64,000 bases of DNA, from assembly GCA_964291235.2 (NCBI GenBank), contig OZ219816.1, positions 2,016,001 through 2,080,000 of the forward strand. Direction: 5' to 3'. Below the pieces are notes generated by a model. That model did no database searches and was not told the DNA's origin. It worked only from the letters and a program-made list of their open reading frames with translations. A program made the translations under genes and the position numbers. The DNA comes from Vicinamibacteria bacterium. Its GTDB lineage: Bacteria > Acidobacteriota > Vicinamibacteria > Marinacidobacterales > Marinacidobacteraceae. Shown piece by piece: positions 61,501 to 64,000 of this stretch (position 1 is its first letter; each line of letters starts with the position of its first letter).

Positions 61501-62764
61501 CAGGCCGGTCTTTCTCCCGCACGCTAGCAACATCAACGAGACCATCATCCGCAGAGACCGGGCCGTGTGGCTAGTGATCGACCGCGTTCGTGAGGTGGCG
61601 GAGTCGATATCTGAGCCGCTGTCGAGACTCCGCGTTAGATCGCTCCACAAGCACTTTCAAGAGCCGGTCCGAGTTACCGGGACGGGAGATGTCGCGAAGG
61701 CAACTACCGAGATCCGCGACCTAATAGAGGAGCTTCAAACGTCTGGGTTTAGGCGCTCATTCCGAAAACGACTAGGTGAGCTAGGTGTTGAGTCGCGACT
61801 ACTGCGCAACAACTGGCACGATCGACTGGGAAGTATCAAGAACATACACTCCGCCGACAAGGTAGAAGGAGTCTACAGGTTCCGCGGGAAGCCGTATCTT
61901 TCTCCTATTGATGCTGGATTTGATCGCTCGACTGGCATCTTTTGGTTAAGAAACGATCAGATTACCGGTGCCGGTGCCGTATACCGCGCTCTTGCGGCGC
62001 AGATGGTGTTCAAAACGACGGCTCGTCCCATTGATCACTTCTCCCTGGAGCACGCTAGAGCGCTAGATATTCGGGATCCTACCTATGGATCTGTAGACAG
62101 ATCTAAAACCCAGTCGGGTTACGAAGCAGCGGACAATGCCTACCAGAACGAGTCCGACGACGATGGGGACGACCGCCCCACGGAAGCCACCTTCGGGCAC
62201 TCACCATTCGAACCGGATCCAGCGCGTAATACGCCGCATCCTGTCCCGATCCCGTCCGGTGAACCGAGGACAAGACGACGCCAATATCGCAAGAGTCAAC
62301 CAAGTTCCGAAGGTCGGGAGCACAATGTCAGCCAAGCGCCGCCGCTTGAGAGGGAGCAAATAAGGATTTTGAAGCAGAACCTCTATTCGAGCCACTGCCA
62401 AATGTGTTTGTGCAAGCATCCGCCACGAGAGTTAGCGCCAACCGGCAGTTACATCGAGTGGGAGGAAGTACGTCGACGGGTCGTTGAGGCGCACCACGTT
62501 GATCCTAAGTCGGGCGGTGGGGCGCGTCACGCCGGAAACCTGATCCTTCTTTGCAAACTGCATCACGACAACTATGGACGTCGCCTTACCCGTGCTGCGA
62601 TTACTTCCTCACTGAGAGCCGATGCAAGAAAGGACTCCGTTCAGTATGGAGGCAACTCGGCGATTCAAGGTGTGCGGATCGAAGTCTCAATTCCCGACAC
62701 GGGAGAGATAGTCGAGTTCTTCTTCATGAAGGAGCATGTAGACTACTGGCTCTCGGAAGGCTGA
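58535..62764 (+). CDS. Large sacsin-like protein: divergent N-terminal GHKL-type domain and C-terminal HNH endonuclease
   Basis: AELVQNDLD, IGVKNHGLKTAF; C-terminal CQMC...EAHHV...NLILLCKLHH; visibly lower GC than host genes. Confidence 0.75.
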   Translation: MAGSDRFVTEWDGTPSFWNYLLGLDRADLVAELVQNDLDQEATLTVLSFERDRLVCEGDGRPVEADGWQRLRKMQGAGDSVPAKRRKIGVKNHGLKTAFTIGDELELSSAGQRIVQTLYANGRDKPPYPGASPEPRSDPHAPTDGCRVTVWYRTTDLEPLQGEASVFGAFGKRQIDDLFVSACTSAPAQFAGIAVPEVAPRYEIVLRHWRLGEARFSFSCTRPRKIAQRIELFRRACAVSGTATDLPEGLNEQAARRLVPAKRRLSERVPDFFRRDKRFFVEVAWPIDRRGKPLLGVGRYRYPIGYPRGSAEALTGHGAHISAPLVSDNARRGLAKNEATNVELLGACESLLTDAIAHYAVPAWGPRGLDPLVPTSDADITRASVRHILAALTKRNAMPVLSWRNAAQLLWKRRKQQVREAERRIRLSTNSKRTPGYRFVVPAATWTSGKIHPALSLLCPSSEKQLDPRVSSELIRLLEDQETSGFSEEFVTFDENDVIDRVTGDGNEWFPGISNPTRVFAEPLVAGALLDLTEKAINERKRDPIDADELMDSLLLPDRLGRATSFRDLYSSAPLPLDVPGLRLPRVLHSDLVNHSIFRHTTWRLPKYTMAEFLDSGTLQTADENTRRNFWNWLHHNHRRIGRRERPKLADLAIWLDVNGVPGRIADLCEPRSRLVGRTLGESIRRPHDQLRRSKLVSAHSRARARIRPVPTQDEITDWLTTWTARFSEGKTAGAGTAQRLRRFEAGLATLLNDAAITRLLRKTQVSLPALAKDGSIRPRGALLLPTRSNNRLALPPRFVLEEQNPRHSEAVARLSACQSEVTPTMILSAFREDPRNWSALQARLRDFLRVTESGDNWRLELRDTPFLPVGEQPRSPSELAFRGNRGDYWGEWKTVIPIRALSQDDQRRYVEAGVTSGLPDPSSSRAFFEWLSAQDSTALRRHIPCVLRQILHRDGPTKWAESFSDMPFIPARGYGDRLELLSLRAAKRRPVFLPHASNINETIIRRDRAVWLVIDRVREVAESISEPLSRLRVRSLHKHFQEPVRVTGTGDVAKATTEIRDLIEELQTSGFRRSFRKRLGELGVESRLLRNNWHDRLGSIKNIHSADKVEGVYRFRGKPYLSPIDAGFDRSTGIFWLRNDQITGAGAVYRALAAQMVFKTTARPIDHFSLEHARALDIRDPTYGSVDRSKTQSGYEAADNAYQNESDDDGDDRPTEATFGHSPFEPDPARNTPHPVPIPSGEPRTRRRQYRKSQPSSEGREHNVSQAPPLEREQIRILKQNLYSSHCQMCLCKHPPRELAPTGSYIEWEEVRRRVVEAHHVDPKSGGGARHAGNLILLCKLHHDNYGRRLTRAAITSSLRADARKDSVQYGGNSAIQGVRIEVSIPDTGEIVEFFFMKEHVDYWLSEG

Positions 62765-62956
62765 TTCGCAGAAAGCGCAGCGCCATTCGGTGCTTTCTTG
62801 TTGTGGATCCAGGCGACACAGCGTAGGATTGTGCCTATCGGCCCCAACAATGAACGTACGGCGTTGTTTAGCCATTCAAAGTGTGCTTGCAAGCGCGCCT
62901 CGCTGGGCGGAAGTCATATGAGCGCGTCCTAGGACGTTTAGCCCAGTTGGGGGTGG

Positions 62957-64000
62957 TTAGGAGATCGGCGGATTTTGAGGTGACCCTCCGACAGCCCGTG
63001 CAAGCTGGTCGTCGAGGATCCGCTTCAAATAGGCGGGCGGCGACTCGGGGAAGAGGATGTGTTTTTCGGCGAAACGTGTCCGAGTCCAGGGTCCGTCGGG
63101 GTAGTGTTTGCGGAGGGTGTCGAAGGGCGTGGCGGAGATGATGTAGGAGTCCAAAGTGACTCCGGCAAAGCCGCTTCTTCGGCTCGCAGCGGGACCGATT
63201 TCGTCGCGGAGCCGCTCGTGGAGCCGCGCCTTCTCATCGTGTTCGTAGGCGGGCGCGTGCATCATGCCGTGCGGTTCGACGAAGACGATGTGCTGCCGGT
63301 TTTCGTTCTTGATCCAGAGAATGAAGTCCGGGTAGAAGCCCCTGTCCTCAAAGAAGCTGATGCCGGCCCCCCGGGAGAGGTTCCGCAGCAGGAAGAGCCT
63401 CACCCCGGAGAACGGGCCGTGTTGTGCCTCACGCCAGAAGTTGGTCAGATCCCGCACGAAATCCTTCTCGCTCTCGACCAGGGCCGGCGGTGACATCGGC
63501 AATGGGTCCCCTTTGAAACCGAGCAGCGGTTCGTACAGATGTCCGTCGAACTCTATTGAGCGTAGGCGCCGCAACCCCTGCCTCGCGGGATCCCGGAGTT
63601 GGTGGCCAGTAGCCAGGAAGTCCTCCAGTTCTGCGATGAAATCCCTGTGCGTCCCGTCATTCGGGACCTGGATCGTGTAGGCGGCACCCTCACCAACGGC
63701 CAGATTCGGATCCGCAGGCGTGAGCTGCCGGTATTCGAAGTGAGTCGTTTCCCATCGCTCCCTGCGGCGGCGGTAGACCGCGTCGAGCGCCTTGCACAGC
63801 AGCCTGGTGACGGCCTGCTGCAGCCGCTTCAGATCCGCCATCGTCCGAGGATCGAACAGGCTCTCCTCGGCGGCGAGTCGGCAGCGGGTGGCGATGGGGC
63901 GGAGAGCCAGTTCCCGGATGATGACGTTCCGGTATCCGCGGCGGTAGGCGTGGTCCAGGAGTTCGAGACGAACACGCTCCCAGTCCACAAGATCGAGCAG
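62957..64000 (-). CDS. C-terminal part of a type III restriction Res-subunit-like helicase/nuclease (truncated by window edge)
   Basis: HLYEPLL, LVESEKDFV, FLLRNLSRG, FYPDFILW...FVEPHG nuclease motif. Confidence 0.75.
   Translation of the reverse strand: MLDLVDWERVRLELLDHAYRRGYRNVIIRELALRPIATRCRLAAEESLFDPRTMADLKRLQQAVTRLLCKALDAVYRRRRERWETTHFEYRQLTPADPNLAVGEGAAYTIQVPNDGTHRDFIAELEDFLATGHQLRDPARQGLRRLRSIEFDGHLYEPLLGFKGDPLPMSPPALVESEKDFVRDLTNFWREAQHGPFSGVRLFLLRNLSRGAGISFFEDRGFYPDFILWIKNENRQHIVFVEPHGMMHAPAYEHDEKARLHERLRDEIGPAASRRSGFAGVTLDSYIISATPFDTLRKHYPDGPWTRTRFAEKHILFPESPPAYLKRILDDQLARAVGGSPQNPPIS

Noticed and set aside
1-64000. tRNA or rRNA genes
   Set aside because: No cloverleaf or rRNA signature seen in any intergenic gap

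Overview
High-GC bacterial chromosomal window. The rich set of exported hydrolases, NHL/ankyrin lipoproteins and solute:Na+ symporters would fit an Acidobacteriota/Gemmatimonadota-like organism, but that is inference only. Most of it is metabolic or housekeeping: three SSS transporters, a PLP decarboxylase, an amidohydrolase, DPP-IV, lhgO, pepA, acs, trkAH, an amidase with two asparaginase-like genes, CapA, a radical-SAM fusion, tkt, ltaE and carAB. Four regions stand out. (1) An intact IS110-family element (about 24969-26508). Its 5' non-coding end can be read as a bridge RNA: all four guide segments, both handshake dinucleotides, a CC core and a -35/-10 promoter formed only on circularisation match the element's own junctions. 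It sits inside a REP-like palindrome bounded by a further inverted repeat. (2) An orphan array of 12 copies of a 16-bp core with strictly alternating linkers (8277-8643) and no cas or rep gene nearby. (3) A three-gene cluster of desaturase, condensation-domain protein and GH3 adenylating enzyme (26858-30560). (4) A lower-GC island after carB encoding a ~1409-aa sacsin-like GHKL-HNH protein that converges on a type III restriction Res-like gene. All product calls come from motif recognition by eye; no searches were run.
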